NCBI GenBank assembly: GCA_017656145.1
Contig: JACDOI010000007.1
Span: 11,047 to 75,046 of the forward strand
Source: Bacillota bacterium
Lineage (GTDB): Bacteria; Bacillota; Limnochordia; Limnochordales; ZCTH02-B6
Reading direction: 5' to 3'
Length of the DNA: 64,000 nt
Part shown: positions 28,712 through 39,026 of the stretch, piece after piece
Layout: each line of letters opens with the position of its first letter
How positions within the stretch are numbered: position 1 is the first letter of the stretch
Notes under the pieces: model-generated
The model's database searches: none
Told to the model about the DNA's origin: nothing
The model's input: only the letters and a program-made list of their open reading frames with translations
Made by a program: the position numbers and the translations under genes

Positions 28712-29968
28712 TCAAGAGCCCCATCCTTGCCCGGCGACGCCCCGGGCCAGAATCCGTTGCGGGTAGTCGCTCTCCAAGTACGCGGCCAGCGGATCCGGGT
28801 CCAACCCCCGTTCGGCGCGGATGTGGGCCAGCAAAGGCCGCACGTCGGTCTCAAACGCGTCCTGCAGGATGGCCTCTGCGGCCAAAACATCCCCGCTTTC
28901 TTGGGCCGCCCGCAGCCTGTTCCAGTCGATCAGCAGCGCCTTGGCGAAGTAGCGCTGCACGTTGGTGACCGACCGGATCATCGCCGGGATTTTGGGCTCG
29001 ATGTTGTGACTCTGGTCGATCATGTAAGCCACCGCGGCTGCTGTCGAACGGGTTGCCGGGTCGGCCAGCCCGGCCACCATTTCCTTCAAAATGAGAAAGA
29101 GCTGGTACGGATCGATGGTGCCGACGATGACGTCGTCGTCCGCGTACTTCCGGTCGTTGAAGTGAAACCCGCCCAGCTTGCCCTCATCCAGCAGGGTGGC
29201 CACGATCTGCTCGATGTTGGTGGCCTGGGGATGGTGCCCGGTATCGATGAGCACCTGAGCCTTGGGACCGAGACGGTTGGCCAACAAGTACGCGGTCCCC
29301 CAGTCGGGGATGTCGGTGTGGTAAAAGGCCGGCTCGAAAAACTTGTACTCGATCAAGAGCCGCATCCCGGAGGGCATGGCCGCGACCACTTCTTCCAAAG
29401 CTTCAAGGAGCCGGTGCTTGCGCCGCCGGAAGTCGCCCTGGCCGGGATAATTGGTCCCGTCGGCCAGCCACAAGCTGATAATGGACGATCCGACCTCCTT
29501 GGCGATGTCGACGCATTCGAGCATGCGGCCTACCGCCTGGCGGCGCACTTTAGGATCCGGATGGCACAGGCTGCCCAGCTTGTACGCGTCGTCCTGAAAC
29601 AAGTTGGGATTGACGGCCCCGATGCGCACCCCCAGGCTCTCCGCGTGCCGGCGGAGCTTGCCGTAATCGTCCACCCGGTCCCAGGGGATGTGGATGGCCA
29701 CCGACGGGGCGGCTCCGGTGAACCGGTGCACGCAGGCCGCGTCCTCGATCTTCTCGAAGGGATTCCTGGCCACTCCAGCCTGCTTGAACACCTTGAACCG
29801 GGTGCCCGAATCTCCGTATCCCCAGGACGGCGTCTCGATCTCCAGCGCCCACAGCGCGGCCTTGACGGTCTCGAGATCGACGCCCCGGTCTTCCTGGCGC
29901 CGGGCCCACTCGGGATAAGCGTTCAGATGCGCCCGCTCGCTCACGTCCGCCCGCCTCCTTTTCGCCAT
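28712..29968 (-). CDS. rhaI: L-rhamnose isomerase (TIM-barrel, non-RhaA type)
   Basis: 418 aa containing LEIETPSWGYGDSGTRFKVF. Xylose-isomerase-like barrel, placed between rhaB and rhaEW. Confidence 0.75.
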   Translation of the reverse strand: MAKRRRADVSERAHLNAYPEWARRQEDRGVDLETVKAALWALEIETPSWGYGDSGTRFKVFKQAGVARNPFEKIEDAACVHRFTGAAPSVAIHIPWDRVDDYGKLRRHAESLGVRIGAVNPNLFQDDAYKLGSLCHPDPKVRRQAVGRMLECVDIAKEVGSSIISLWLADGTNYPGQGDFRRRKHRLLEALEEVVAAMPSGMRLLIEYKFFEPAFYHTDIPDWGTAYLLANRLGPKAQVLIDTGHHPQATNIEQIVATLLDEGKLGGFHFNDRKYADDDVIVGTIDPYQLFLILKEMVAGLADPATRSTAAAVAYMIDQSHNIEPKIPAMIRSVTNVQRYFAKALLIDWNRLRAAQESGDVLAAEAILQDAFETDVRPLLAHIRAERGLDPDPLAAYLESDYPQRILARGVAGQGWGS

Positions 29969-32076
29969 CAGCGCATGTACGCCGCTTGGACGCCGCCGTC
30001 CACCGTCAGCGTGCAGCCGGTGGTCTTGGCCGACCGGTCCGAAGCGAAGAACAGGATGGCCTGGGCAACGTCGTCGGGGTATACGTTCACCCGCAAGGCC
30101 GTCCGCCGGCGGTAGTACTCATCCAGCTCTTCCGGGGCAATGCCGTAGGCGGCCGCCCGCTCCTCGCGCCAGCGACCGGACCAGATCCCCGAACCGGCCA
30201 GGACCGCGTCAGGCGCCACGCAGTTGACCCGGATCCCGTCGGGCCCCAGCTCTTCTGCGAGCGATCGGGCCAGGTGCAATTCGGCCGCCTTCGCGGCGTT
30301 GTAGGCGGCCGCGTGCTTGCTGGCTACCACCGCGTTCTTGGAAGTGACGAACACGATAGAACCCCCGATGCCCTGTCTCTTCATGCAGCGCACCGCCTCG
30401 CGCGATGCCAGGAAATACCCGGTGGACAGCAGCCGGAACAGCCGCTCCCAATCAGAGAGGGTGGTATCCTCCAGGCGCCCGGCCATGGCGGTGCCGGCGT
30501 TGGAGACGAGGATATCCACGCCCCCGTAGGCAAGCACGGCCTCATCGTACCCGGCAGCGACCATGGTTTCATCGGTCACATCCATCTGCACCGCAAGCGC
30601 CCGCTCCTGGTCCACCGTACTGTTGATGGCGGCGGCCACCTGGCGGGCGGCCTCAACGTTGATGTCGGCAACGACCACGTGGGCCCCGGCCTGCGCCAGC
30701 AGCTCCGCCGTGGCCCGCCCGATGCCGCTGCCCGCCCCGGTGATGAGCGCGACCCGCCGCGACAATTCCCGCTCGGGAGGCGCGAGGGTCAGCTTGTAGC
30801 GCTCCAGCGGCCAGTACTCCACGTCACAGGCCTCCTGGGGCGTCATCGACACATAACGGCCGAGAACCGATGCCCCGTCCATGACCGCGACGGCGCGGTG
30901 AAACAGGCCCGCCGTGTTGCGGGCGGTCGCCTTGTCCTTGCCCGTGGCGATCATGCCGAGGCCGGGAATCAGAATGACGCGGGGGTACGGGTCGTCGGTG
31001 GCCTCGCCGCTCTCGCGGCGATTTTGCCGGACGTATTCCCGGTACTCGGCGGCGTACCGATCGACTCCCTGCCTAAGCCGCGCCTCAAGCACCTCGACGC
31101 TCTCTTGGGCAGGATCGAAATCGACGAACAAGGGTACATACTTGGTGTGGACAAGGTGGTCCGGACACGCGGCGCCCGTCAAGGCCAGCTCGCGCGCATC
31201 GCGGCCGTTGACGAAAGTGAGGATCTCCTCAGAGTCGTCGTAATGCAGGATCATCCGCTTTTCGCGGCTGACGAGCCCCCGCACCAGCGGCAGCACCTGC
31301 CGCGCCAGCCGCCGGCGAGCATCCGAAGACAAGCCCGGAAACCGCAAGCCGCCAAAGGCGGCCCGGCCCTGGGCCCGTTTTTCAATGAACGCCCCGGCCT
31401 CGTTGATGATCTCGATGGTCGAGCGGTAGCACTCCTCCGCGGTGTTTCCCCACGTGACCAGGCCATGCTTGCCGAGGAAAACCGCCTGTAGCCCCGGGTT
31501 GTTGCGCACCGCCAGCCCCACCTGCTTGGCCAGGTCAAAGCCGGGACGGATGTAGGGAATCCACGCGGCCCGGTTGCCGAAGACTTCCTCCATGAGCCGC
31601 TTTCCGTCATCGGTGGTGCAAAAGGCGATGATGCTGTCCGGATGCGTATGATCGACGTAATCGTACGGTATGAAGGCGTGCAGAAGCGTCTCGATGGACT
31701 GCCGCGGCATACCCGGGTGCAGCACGCATCGGGACAAGTACTCGACCATTTCCTCATCGGACACGGCGTCCCGTTCCATGAGCGGCAACACGTCATCGAG
31801 GCGCAGCCCGACGAAGTCCTTGCGGGACGCGGCGGCCAGGTCGGAGCCGCTGCCTTTGACCCACAGGACCCGTTGCGGGCGCCCGGTAGGCCCAGGCTGC
31901 GTGCACTTGGTGGACGTGTTGCCGCCTTTCCAGTTGCACACCCGCCGGTCCGCACCCAACAGCCGGGAGCGGTACACGAGCATGTCCAGCTCGTCGACTT
32001 GCCGGCGGGCCTCGTTTTCGTCCCACAGGTCCGGCACGCGAAAAGATCTTGTCGGTTGCAGCTGTTCAGACCTCAT
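29968..32076 (-). CDS. rhaEW: Bifunctional rhamnulose-1-phosphate aldolase / lactaldehyde dehydrogenase (aldolase-SDR fusion)
   Basis: ATG 32076 (AAGGAAG upstream). N-terminal class II aldolase-like half and C-terminal SDR half (ITGAGSGIGRATA, YNAAKAAELH). Confidence 0.8.
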   Translation of the reverse strand: MRSEQLQPTRSFRVPDLWDENEARRQVDELDMLVYRSRLLGADRRVCNWKGGNTSTKCTQPGPTGRPQRVLWVKGSGSDLAAASRKDFVGLRLDDVLPLMERDAVSDEEMVEYLSRCVLHPGMPRQSIETLLHAFIPYDYVDHTHPDSIIAFCTTDDGKRLMEEVFGNRAAWIPYIRPGFDLAKQVGLAVRNNPGLQAVFLGKHGLVTWGNTAEECYRSTIEIINEAGAFIEKRAQGRAAFGGLRFPGLSSDARRRLARQVLPLVRGLVSREKRMILHYDDSEEILTFVNGRDARELALTGAACPDHLVHTKYVPLFVDFDPAQESVEVLEARLRQGVDRYAAEYREYVRQNRRESGEATDDPYPRVILIPGLGMIATGKDKATARNTAGLFHRAVAVMDGASVLGRYVSMTPQEACDVEYWPLERYKLTLAPPERELSRRVALITGAGSGIGRATAELLAQAGAHVVVADINVEAARQVAAAINSTVDQERALAVQMDVTDETMVAAGYDEAVLAYGGVDILVSNAGTAMAGRLEDTTLSDWERLFRLLSTGYFLASREAVRCMKRQGIGGSIVFVTSKNAVVASKHAAAYNAAKAAELHLARSLAEELGPDGIRVNCVAPDAVLAGSGIWSGRWREERAAAYGIAPEELDEYYRRRTALRVNVYPDDVAQAILFFASDRSAKTTGCTLTVDGGVQAAYMR

Positions 32077-32167
32077 TCCCGACACTTCCTTATCGGCACC
32101 CGAGGCCGGCCTCGACCCGGCGCACGGGTATCGTGTTGGTGCTGGTCTTTCGTCCGGTGCGGCCCAT

Positions 32168-32971
32168 TTAAACCGAACGGCCGTCCAAGGACGCGGCTTC
32201 CTCGGGCACGGGGACCACGTGAACCTCCACGCCGAGATCGCGGATGGCATCCGCATCGGCGGGGTCGACGCCGCTGTCGGTGACGATGCGGTGCACCGAT
32301 TGAATGGGGCCGATCAAGGCGAAGCCCACATACCCCCACTTGGAGGAATCGACGGCGGCGATCACCTCGTTGGCGGCGCCTATCATCAGCCGTTTCATTT
32401 CCACCTCCAGCTCGTTGGAATCGGTGAGTCCCCGCTCGATGTGCAGCCCGCGGCAGGAGATGATGGCTTTGTCCACGTGGTACTCCCGCAGAGCCCGCTC
32501 GGCGTGGGGGCCGACAAACGACAGCGAGGTGGTGCGCAACGTCCCGCCCGTGCACATGACCGTGAACTTCTGCTCACCCCGCAGCTCATTGACAATCGCC
32601 AAAGAATTGGTCAGGATAGTCAGCCCCTGCCTGCGGCGCAGGGCCCGGGCCACGTACAACGCGGTGCTGGAGGCGTCCAGCAAGATGGTTTCCCGGTCGC
32701 CGACCAGATCGGCCAGCACAGCCGCGATGGCCATCTTTTCCGCACGCTGGGCGGCCGCCCGTCCCTGATACGGCGACTCGTAGGATATGCCCCGAGGGCC
32801 CACCGCGCCGCCGTACGTCCGCTCCAGCACGCCTTGCTTCTCCAGGGCCTCGAGGTCGCGACGAACGGTTTCTTCCGTCACGCCGAACAGGCGGCTCAGA
32901 TCGGCCACGCGGACGCTGCCGTACGATTCGATCATGCGGGTGATTTGCGCTCGCCGTTCGGGTGCCAGCAT
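32168..32971 (-). CDS. DeoR-family transcriptional regulator (probable rhamnose regulator)
   Basis: ATG 32971 gives MLAPERRAQITRMIESYGSVRVADLSRLFGVTEETVRRDLEALEKQGVL, followed by a DeoR C-terminal sensor domain. Confidence 0.75.
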   Translation of the reverse strand: MLAPERRAQITRMIESYGSVRVADLSRLFGVTEETVRRDLEALEKQGVLERTYGGAVGPRGISYESPYQGRAAAQRAEKMAIAAVLADLVGDRETILLDASSTALYVARALRRRQGLTILTNSLAIVNELRGEQKFTVMCTGGTLRTTSLSFVGPHAERALREYHVDKAIISCRGLHIERGLTDSNELEVEMKRLMIGAANEVIAAVDSSKWGYVGFALIGPIQSVHRIVTDSGVDPADADAIRDLGVEVHVVPVPEEAASLDGRSV

Positions 32972-32976
32972 CGCCG

Positions 32977-33291
32977 TTACTCCATGTAGAACGCTTCCTG
33001 AAGAAATTCGACCCGCGGCCGTCCCCGCTCGTCGGTCTCCATGAGCGGGCCCGTAAGGGACCACCATCTCTCCATGACCGGTTCCCGGGCAAGCCGCTCC
33101 AGGCTCCCGTGGGGGTCGTCCGCCTCAAAGTACGCGAACAGCGTCAGCCCATGCCGGTAAATGGAATAGTTGCGGATGCCCGCCCGCCGGTGGGCGGCCA
33201 GCACCTCCTCGTCGATGTCCCGGTGAAGCCGCAAGTACTCGTCAACAGCCGATTCGTGCTTGAGACGCATCACAAAACCGACCCGCGCCAT
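32977..33291 (-). CDS. rhaM: L-rhamnose mutarotase
   Basis: 104 aa: MARVGFVMRLK...YLRLHRD...NYSIYRHGLTLFAYFE. Confidence 0.85.
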   Translation of the reverse strand: MARVGFVMRLKHESAVDEYLRLHRDIDEEVLAAHRRAGIRNYSIYRHGLTLFAYFEADDPHGSLERLAREPVMERWWSLTGPLMETDERGRPRVEFLQEAFYME

Positions 33292-33357
33292 GGGACACCT
33301 CCTCCCGGCCGACGCGTCGTTACGGGCGGGCCCGAGCCGGGCCCGCCCTCTGCCGCG

Positions 33358-34356
33358 TCAGAAGTCGTAGTTGTCGATGTTCTCCGCGGTAAACGTGGTG
33401 AGCGATCCAGCGATGACGACGTTGTTTTCCAGGAACGTCCGCTCGCCCAGCTTGCCCGCAGAGTACGTCTTGCCCGGAGCAGGCTCAAAACCATGGCGAA
33501 TCGCATCCACAAGATACACTGCCGCATAGCCCATTTCGGACGGATCCCACAGCTGGAACGCAGTCACCGTACCGTTTTTGATGTAACGCCGCATTTGATT
33601 GGGCAGCCCAAGTCCCGTCAGCTGCACCCGGTCGGCCGCGTTGTTGGTCTCAAGCGCCTGCGCGGCCGCAGCGATGCCGACGGTGGTCGGCGAGATGATG
33701 CCGCGCAAGTTCGGGTACGCGGCCAAAAGCGCCTCCGTTTCCCGGTAGCTCTTTTGGGGCTCGTCGTCGCCGTACGCGATGCGCACCAGCTGCATGCGGG
33801 CGTACTCGGGCTTCGCAAGTTCCTGGCCCATGCCCTCGATCCAGAAGTTCTGGTTAGGAGCGGTGGTGGTGGCGCTCAAGATCGCTATCTCGCCTTCGTA
33901 GTCTATCAAGCGAGCCAACAGTTTGACCTGCTCCTGGCCGATGGTGCTGAAGTCGACGGGCTGGATGTAGGCCTGCCGGGCGTCAGCGGCTGCGTCCGCG
34001 TCGACTGTGATGACGACGATGCCCCGGTTCATGGCCGCCCGCAGCGCTGGCGCCACGGTGTTGACGTCGTTGGCCGAAATGATGATCGCATCGACCTGCT
34101 GGGCCACCTGCTGCTGGATAAACGGGATTTGGGACGTGGGGTCCGCCGCCGGTGGGCCGATGTAGACGGAGCTGTAGCCCAGTTCCTCGGCAGCCTGCTC
34201 TACCCCGGAATACACCGCGTCGAAGAATGGATTGCCGAGGTTTTTGGGGATGAAGGCCACCCGAGCTTCCTGTGCAGCGGCCAGCGCGGTGATCGCCACG
34301 AGCATAACCGCCGCCAGCGCCAACATCCGCTCCATCCGTTCGTGCACCCGTCGCAT
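33358..34356 (-). CDS. rhaS: Rhamnose ABC transporter substrate-binding protein
   Basis: ATG 34356 lies 8 nt after AAGGAGG. Signal peptide, then RVAFIPKNLGNPFFDAVYSGVEQAAEELG. Confidence 0.8.
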   Translation of the reverse strand: MRRVHERMERMLALAAVMLVAITALAAAQEARVAFIPKNLGNPFFDAVYSGVEQAAEELGYSSVYIGPPAADPTSQIPFIQQQVAQQVDAIIISANDVNTVAPALRAAMNRGIVVITVDADAAADARQAYIQPVDFSTIGQEQVKLLARLIDYEGEIAILSATTTAPNQNFWIEGMGQELAKPEYARMQLVRIAYGDDEPQKSYRETEALLAAYPNLRGIISPTTVGIAAAAQALETNNAADRVQLTGLGLPNQMRRYIKNGTVTAFQLWDPSEMGYAAVYLVDAIRHGFEPAPGKTYSAGKLGERTFLENNVVIAGSLTTFTAENIDNYDF

Positions 34357-34392
34357 CTTCTTGACCTCCTTTGTCAACCGGATCACCTGGTT

Positions 34393-35424
34393 TCAACGGG
34401 CTGACACTTCCGCCTTGCTTGCTTGCAGCTCACCCCCTTTTCGCACAGCCGCCCGCCGGCGCCGGGCTTGCCAAGCGCGCCCGGTCTCCGGCCCCAAGAT
34501 GGCCAAAATGAGCAACAAACCGATGACGACACTCTGATTTTGGGGCAGGACGTTGGCCAGCCCCATGCCGTAGCGCAGCGTGCCGATGACAAACAGCGCC
34601 AGTACCGTGCCGGTGATAGTCCCTCGACCGCCGAAGATGCTGGTGCCTCCAAGCACCACCGTGGTAATGACGTCGAGTTCGAGCCCGCTGGCCATGTCCC
34701 AGCGGGCGCTGGCGAAGCGGGACGTCATCATAAGGCCCGCCATCCCGCTCATCAATCCGGACAGGGTAAACACCGCCACCTGCAGCCGATCGACGGCTAT
34801 CCCGGAAAACCGGCACGCTTCGGCGTTGTTGCCCACCGCGTACACGAGCCGCCCGAAGGTGGTGCGGTGCAGCAGCAGGAAGAATCCTACGGCAAAGGCA
34901 GCAAAGATAACGAGGGGCAAGGGCACAGGCGTGCCCGGAATGTAGCGAAAATCGATGCTGACAAACCAAGCCGGAAACCCGTAGGCGGACCGGTCCCCCA
35001 GAAGTATCTGGCCGATGCCCCGGTACAAAGCCATGGTCCCCAGCGTCACGACAAGCGCCGGGAGACGAAAAGCGACCGCGAGCCAACCATTGATCATCCC
35101 CAAAACCGCCGCGAGGGCCAAAGCCGCGGGGATCGCCAGTGCCAACGACACCCCGTTTTCGCTGAGCAAACCGAAGACGACGCCCACCAGCGCCAAAATG
35201 GAGGCCACCGACAGGTCGATCTGGCCCATGATGATGACCAGCGTCATGGCCAAGGCCATCAACCCCAGCTCCATAAACTGGGATGTCATATCGAACAGCG
35301 TCGTCACTCTCAGGAAATACGGCGACAGCCACGCGCTGAAGGCCAGGCTCGCGGCGAAAAGGGCCACCAGCAACAACTCGGGACCGCTCTGGACCGCCAG
35401 TTCCCGCAGCCGCTCCCTAGACAC
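34393..35424 (-). CDS. rhaQ: Sugar (rhamnose) ABC transporter permease
   Basis: Polytopic permease. GTG 35424 overlaps the upstream permease stop by 8 nt; ATG 35469 is the alternative start. Confidence 0.7.
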   Translation of the reverse strand: MSRERLRELAVQSGPELLLVALFAASLAFSAWLSPYFLRVTTLFDMTSQFMELGLMALAMTLVIIMGQIDLSVASILALVGVVFGLLSENGVSLALAIPAALALAAVLGMINGWLAVAFRLPALVVTLGTMALYRGIGQILLGDRSAYGFPAWFVSIDFRYIPGTPVPLPLVIFAAFAVGFFLLLHRTTFGRLVYAVGNNAEACRFSGIAVDRLQVAVFTLSGLMSGMAGLMMTSRFASARWDMASGLELDVITTVVLGGTSIFGGRGTITGTVLALFVIGTLRYGMGLANVLPQNQSVVIGLLLILAILGPETGRAWQARRRRAAVRKGGELQASKAEVSAR

Positions 35425-36469
35425 GGCGGGCCCCCTCCTTGAACGAGTGCTGCCGGATGAGCGAATCAACAGCTACTGCCGCGAGGATGATCGCGCCCTC
35501 GATGGCTCGCTGCCAAAAGCCCGATACTCCCGACACCGCCAGGGCATTGGCGATAGTGCCCAGCAAAAGCGCTCCGAGAAACGTGCCGGGAACGCCGCCC
35601 CGGCCGCCCAGGATGCTGGTGCCCCCGATCACCGTTGCAGCCACTGCCTGCAGTTCGAACGCCACGCCGGCTGAGGCCGGATTCACCGTGGCAAAGCGGG
35701 CCGCGTACAGCACCCCGGCCAGTCCGGCAAGAGCTCCGGAGATGAGGTACGTCAAAAACACGATCCGGCCGGCCTGAACGCCGCGCATGCGGGCGGCATC
35801 GGGGTTGCTGCCGATCGCGTACATGGCCCGGCCGGTGCGGGTGTAGCGCAAGAGCAACCATCCCAGCGCCGCGATGACGAACGCCATCACCACCATCACG
35901 GGAACGCCCAGCGCCCCCGGGCGGGCGATGGCCACAAGCTGCAGCGGGATATCCTGCGGATTGACTTGCTGTCCCCCGCTGTGAATGAAGACGAGTCCCC
36001 GGTAGACGGTCAGCGTGCCCAGGGTAGCGATGACGGCCGGTACCCGCCCCCACGCGACTAGAGCCCCGTTTACGGCCCCAAGGATCAGGCCTAACCCCGT
36101 ACCCAAGAGGAGGATGCCGGTCACCGGCATGGCCGGGTGGTCTTTCAGCAGAAAACCGACCGCGATCCCCGACAAACCCAACACGGAGCCCACCGACAGA
36201 TCGATATTGCGAGTCAGAACGACCATGGTCTGCCCGGTGGCCACGATGAGCAACAGCGAAATGTCGAGCATGATCCGTTGCAGGTTAGCGGCGGTGGCAA
36301 AGTGGGGCGAGCGCACCGCCGTCACCGCTGCCAGGAGCACGACCGCCAAAAGCAGGCCCACATCGCGAAAGCGGGCCGCGCCGCGACCTCTTGTGGGGAT
36401 GGTGCCCGCCATGGCCCGCACCAGCGTTTCCGCGGAAGGGCCGGGCGCCTGCGGGTCGCCGGTCCTCAC
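35417..36469 (-). CDS. rhaP: Sugar (rhamnose) ABC transporter permease
   Basis: Polytopic permease. GTGA start/stop overlap with the ATPase gene at 36466-36469. Confidence 0.7.
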   Translation of the reverse strand: MRTGDPQAPGPSAETLVRAMAGTIPTRGRGAARFRDVGLLLAVVLLAAVTAVRSPHFATAANLQRIMLDISLLLIVATGQTMVVLTRNIDLSVGSVLGLSGIAVGFLLKDHPAMPVTGILLLGTGLGLILGAVNGALVAWGRVPAVIATLGTLTVYRGLVFIHSGGQQVNPQDIPLQLVAIARPGALGVPVMVVMAFVIAALGWLLLRYTRTGRAMYAIGSNPDAARMRGVQAGRIVFLTYLISGALAGLAGVLYAARFATVNPASAGVAFELQAVAATVIGGTSILGGRGGVPGTFLGALLLGTIANALAVSGVSGFWQRAIEGAIILAAVAVDSLIRQHSFKEGARRV

Positions 36470-38001
36470 AGCGCCTTCCTCCCTCCGGCCGTGGGGCCCG
36501 TGCCGACCGCCAGGCGCATGATGGATTCCTCAGTCGCCTCATCCCGGGAAAGCTCGCCGGCGACTTGTCCGGCCCGCATCACGATGACCCGGTCGGCCAA
36601 GGCCAGCACCTCGGGCAAGTCGGACGAGATCACGAGCACCGCCATGCCCTGAGCGGCCAGGTCGACGATGAGGCGGTGAATTTCCGCCTTGGCTCCCACG
36701 TCGACCCCGCGGGTGGGTTCGTCGAGGATCAGCACCTTCGGGCGAGCGATCAGAAACTTGCCCACCAGGACCTTCTGTTGGTTGCCGCCGGATAGGTTTT
36801 GCACCGCGGAGTTGACCGAAGGCGTCTTGACCTGCAGGCGCTCCACCTGCCGCCGCGCCAGTTCCTGTTCCCGGCGCCGGTCAAGCCAGCCGCCCCGGGA
36901 CAGTTCGCCCAGGATGGTCAGGGTCATGTTTTGGGCCACCGTCAACGCCTGGATCAGCCCCTGGTGCTGCCGGTCTTCGGGCAGATAGGCCAGCCCCGCC
37001 CGCAACGCCTCCCTCGGGGAGCGGAAGCGCACTGCTTGGCCGTTCAGTTTCACGGTGCCGCGCTCGAACGAATCGATACCGAACAGGGCCCGGGCCACCT
37101 CAGTGCGCCCGGCACCCACCAAGCCCGCCATCGCCACGATCTCCCCGCGCCGCACGGACAACGACACTCCCCGGAACCGCCCGGGCGCCGTCAGGTCCTC
37201 TACTTCCAGGGCAACCTCCCCCGGTTGGACGTGCGGGCGTTCCGGAGAGCGGCCCAACTCCCGTCCCACCATCCGTTTGACCACTTCATCCCGGCTGAGC
37301 TCGCCGGCGGCCCACGTGCCCACTTTGGCTCCGTCCCGCATGACGGTGATCCGGTCCGCGATGGCGAAGACCTCTTCCAGCCGGTGGTTGACAAAGACTA
37401 CCGATGCCCCGCGCGCCTTCAGGTCCCGGATGATGGCAAACAGGCGATCCACTTCCCGCGGGGTGAGGGACGCGGTCGGTTCATCCATCAGCACAAACCT
37501 GGCCCGGTGCGAAAGGGCGGTCGCGATTTCGACCAGCTGCTGCTCCGCGACGGACAGCTCGCCCACCGGGCGGGCCGGGTCGATGCGGGCGCCGATGGAT
37601 TCCATCAAAGCCGCCGCCCGGGACAGCATCGTGCGCCAGCGCACCATCGGTAGGCGCGCCGTCACCGGGTGACGGCCCATGAAGATGTTTTCCGCGACGG
37701 TGAGATCGGGAAAGAGCGTAGGCTCCTGAAAGATCAGCGAGATGCCCAAAGACCGGGCTACCGTTGGGCTGGTGACGGCTACCGCGTTTCCGTCGACGAT
37801 GACCTCGCCCGCGTCGGGCTGGTGCACCCCGGCCAATAGCTTCAGAAGGGTGGACTTGCCCGCCCCGTTCTCTCCCACGATCGCGTGCACCTCGGCCGGC
37901 CGGAGATCGATGTCCACATCCCGGACTACCGGTGGCCCGCCGAAGGATTTGGTCAGACCGCGCGTGCGCAAGCCCTCCGTTGTGCGCCCGTCGTGTGCCA
38001 A
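36466..38001 (-). CDS. rhaT: Sugar (rhamnose) ABC transporter ATP-binding protein, duplicated ATPase
   Basis: Two ABC cassettes (GENGAGKST; LSVAEQQLVEIA; LSGGNQQKVLVG). TTG 38001 lies 6 nt after GGAGGGG. Confidence 0.85.
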   Translation of the reverse strand: MAHDGRTTEGLRTRGLTKSFGGPPVVRDVDIDLRPAEVHAIVGENGAGKSTLLKLLAGVHQPDAGEVIVDGNAVAVTSPTVARSLGISLIFQEPTLFPDLTVAENIFMGRHPVTARLPMVRWRTMLSRAAALMESIGARIDPARPVGELSVAEQQLVEIATALSHRARFVLMDEPTASLTPREVDRLFAIIRDLKARGASVVFVNHRLEEVFAIADRITVMRDGAKVGTWAAGELSRDEVVKRMVGRELGRSPERPHVQPGEVALEVEDLTAPGRFRGVSLSVRRGEIVAMAGLVGAGRTEVARALFGIDSFERGTVKLNGQAVRFRSPREALRAGLAYLPEDRQHQGLIQALTVAQNMTLTILGELSRGGWLDRRREQELARRQVERLQVKTPSVNSAVQNLSGGNQQKVLVGKFLIARPKVLILDEPTRGVDVGAKAEIHRLIVDLAAQGMAVLVISSDLPEVLALADRVIVMRAGQVAGELSRDEATEESIMRLAVGTGPTAGGRKAL

Positions 38002-38276
38002 GACGGCCCCTCCGCTTTATCGGTGTTTGGGGCGTCCCGCCCCGATCCGCAAAAGACTCCGCATCCCGCTGCCGGCGAGAGTCGACGGTCCATCCGTTCA
38101 GAGACCAAACATTGCGGCAGGCAGGAGTTCCAGAGTGATCTCGATAATACTCCGTCATATTCCCGGTTCCTTCCGGTTGTGCGTAATTTTATGTTGTGTA
38201 TGCGTTGTTTTGTGTGGGTTTGTTTTGTCTTGTGGTTCGTTCTCGATTCCAAATGGAAGGGAGACCGGCAACCGCC

Positions 38277-39026
38277 GTGCGAGTATCGCTGTTCATCACA
38301 TGCCTGATCGATGCGTTTTACCCTGAGGTCGGCCGGAGCGCGGTGCGAATTCTCGAACGGCTGGGGATGCAGGTCGACTTCCCCGCCCGCCAGACGTGCT
38401 GCGGACAGCCGGCGTTCAACAGCGGTTTCCGGGAGGAAGCCCGCATCGCGGCCGTGAGCCTGCTCGACGCATTCAAGGACAGCGAGTACGTCGTTGGGCC
38501 CTCGGGATCGTGCGTGTCGATGGTTCGCCATTACCTTCCGCAGCTGTTCGCGGGCACTCCCCGGGAGCAAGAGGCGAAAGACCTCGCAGCCCGCACGTAC
38601 GAGTTGTGTGAATTCCTGGTGCGGGTGCTCCAGGTAGTCGATGTCGGCGCCCGGATGCCCGCAAGGGTCACTTACCACTCGTCCTGCCACGGCGCCCGGG
38701 GCCTTGGCGTTCGCGACGAACCGTTGACGCTGTTGCGCCACGTGCGGGATCTGGAGCTCGTGGACTTGCCCTATGCTGAAGACTGCTGCGGCTTTGGCGG
38801 CACGTTCGCGGTCAAGTTCGCGGAGCTTTCCGCGGAGATGGGCCGGGCCAAGGCGAAGCAGGTGGCCGCCACAGGCGCCCAGCTTCTCACCGGCATCGAC
38901 ATGTCGTGTCTGATGCACCTGGGCGGGCTTCTGCGCCGCCAGGGCTCGCCCGTGCGAGTCATGCACGTCGCGGAAATTCTTGATCGGGGCGCCGCCGGCC
39001 GCTTCACAAGGGGGCGAAGCGCATGA
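38277..39026 (+). CDS. lutA: L-lactate utilisation protein A (Fe-S oxidoreductase, CCG domains)
   Basis: GTG 38277 gives VRVSLFITCLIDAFYPEVG, aligning with the MKVSLFVTCL start of LutA. Contains TCCGQPAFNSG and DCCGFGGTF. Confidence 0.85.
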   Translation: MRVSLFITCLIDAFYPEVGRSAVRILERLGMQVDFPARQTCCGQPAFNSGFREEARIAAVSLLDAFKDSEYVVGPSGSCVSMVRHYLPQLFAGTPREQEAKDLAARTYELCEFLVRVLQVVDVGARMPARVTYHSSCHGARGLGVRDEPLTLLRHVRDLELVDLPYAEDCCGFGGTFAVKFAELSAEMGRAKAKQVAATGAQLLTGIDMSCLMHLGGLLRRQGSPVRVMHVAEILDRGAAGRFTRGRSA

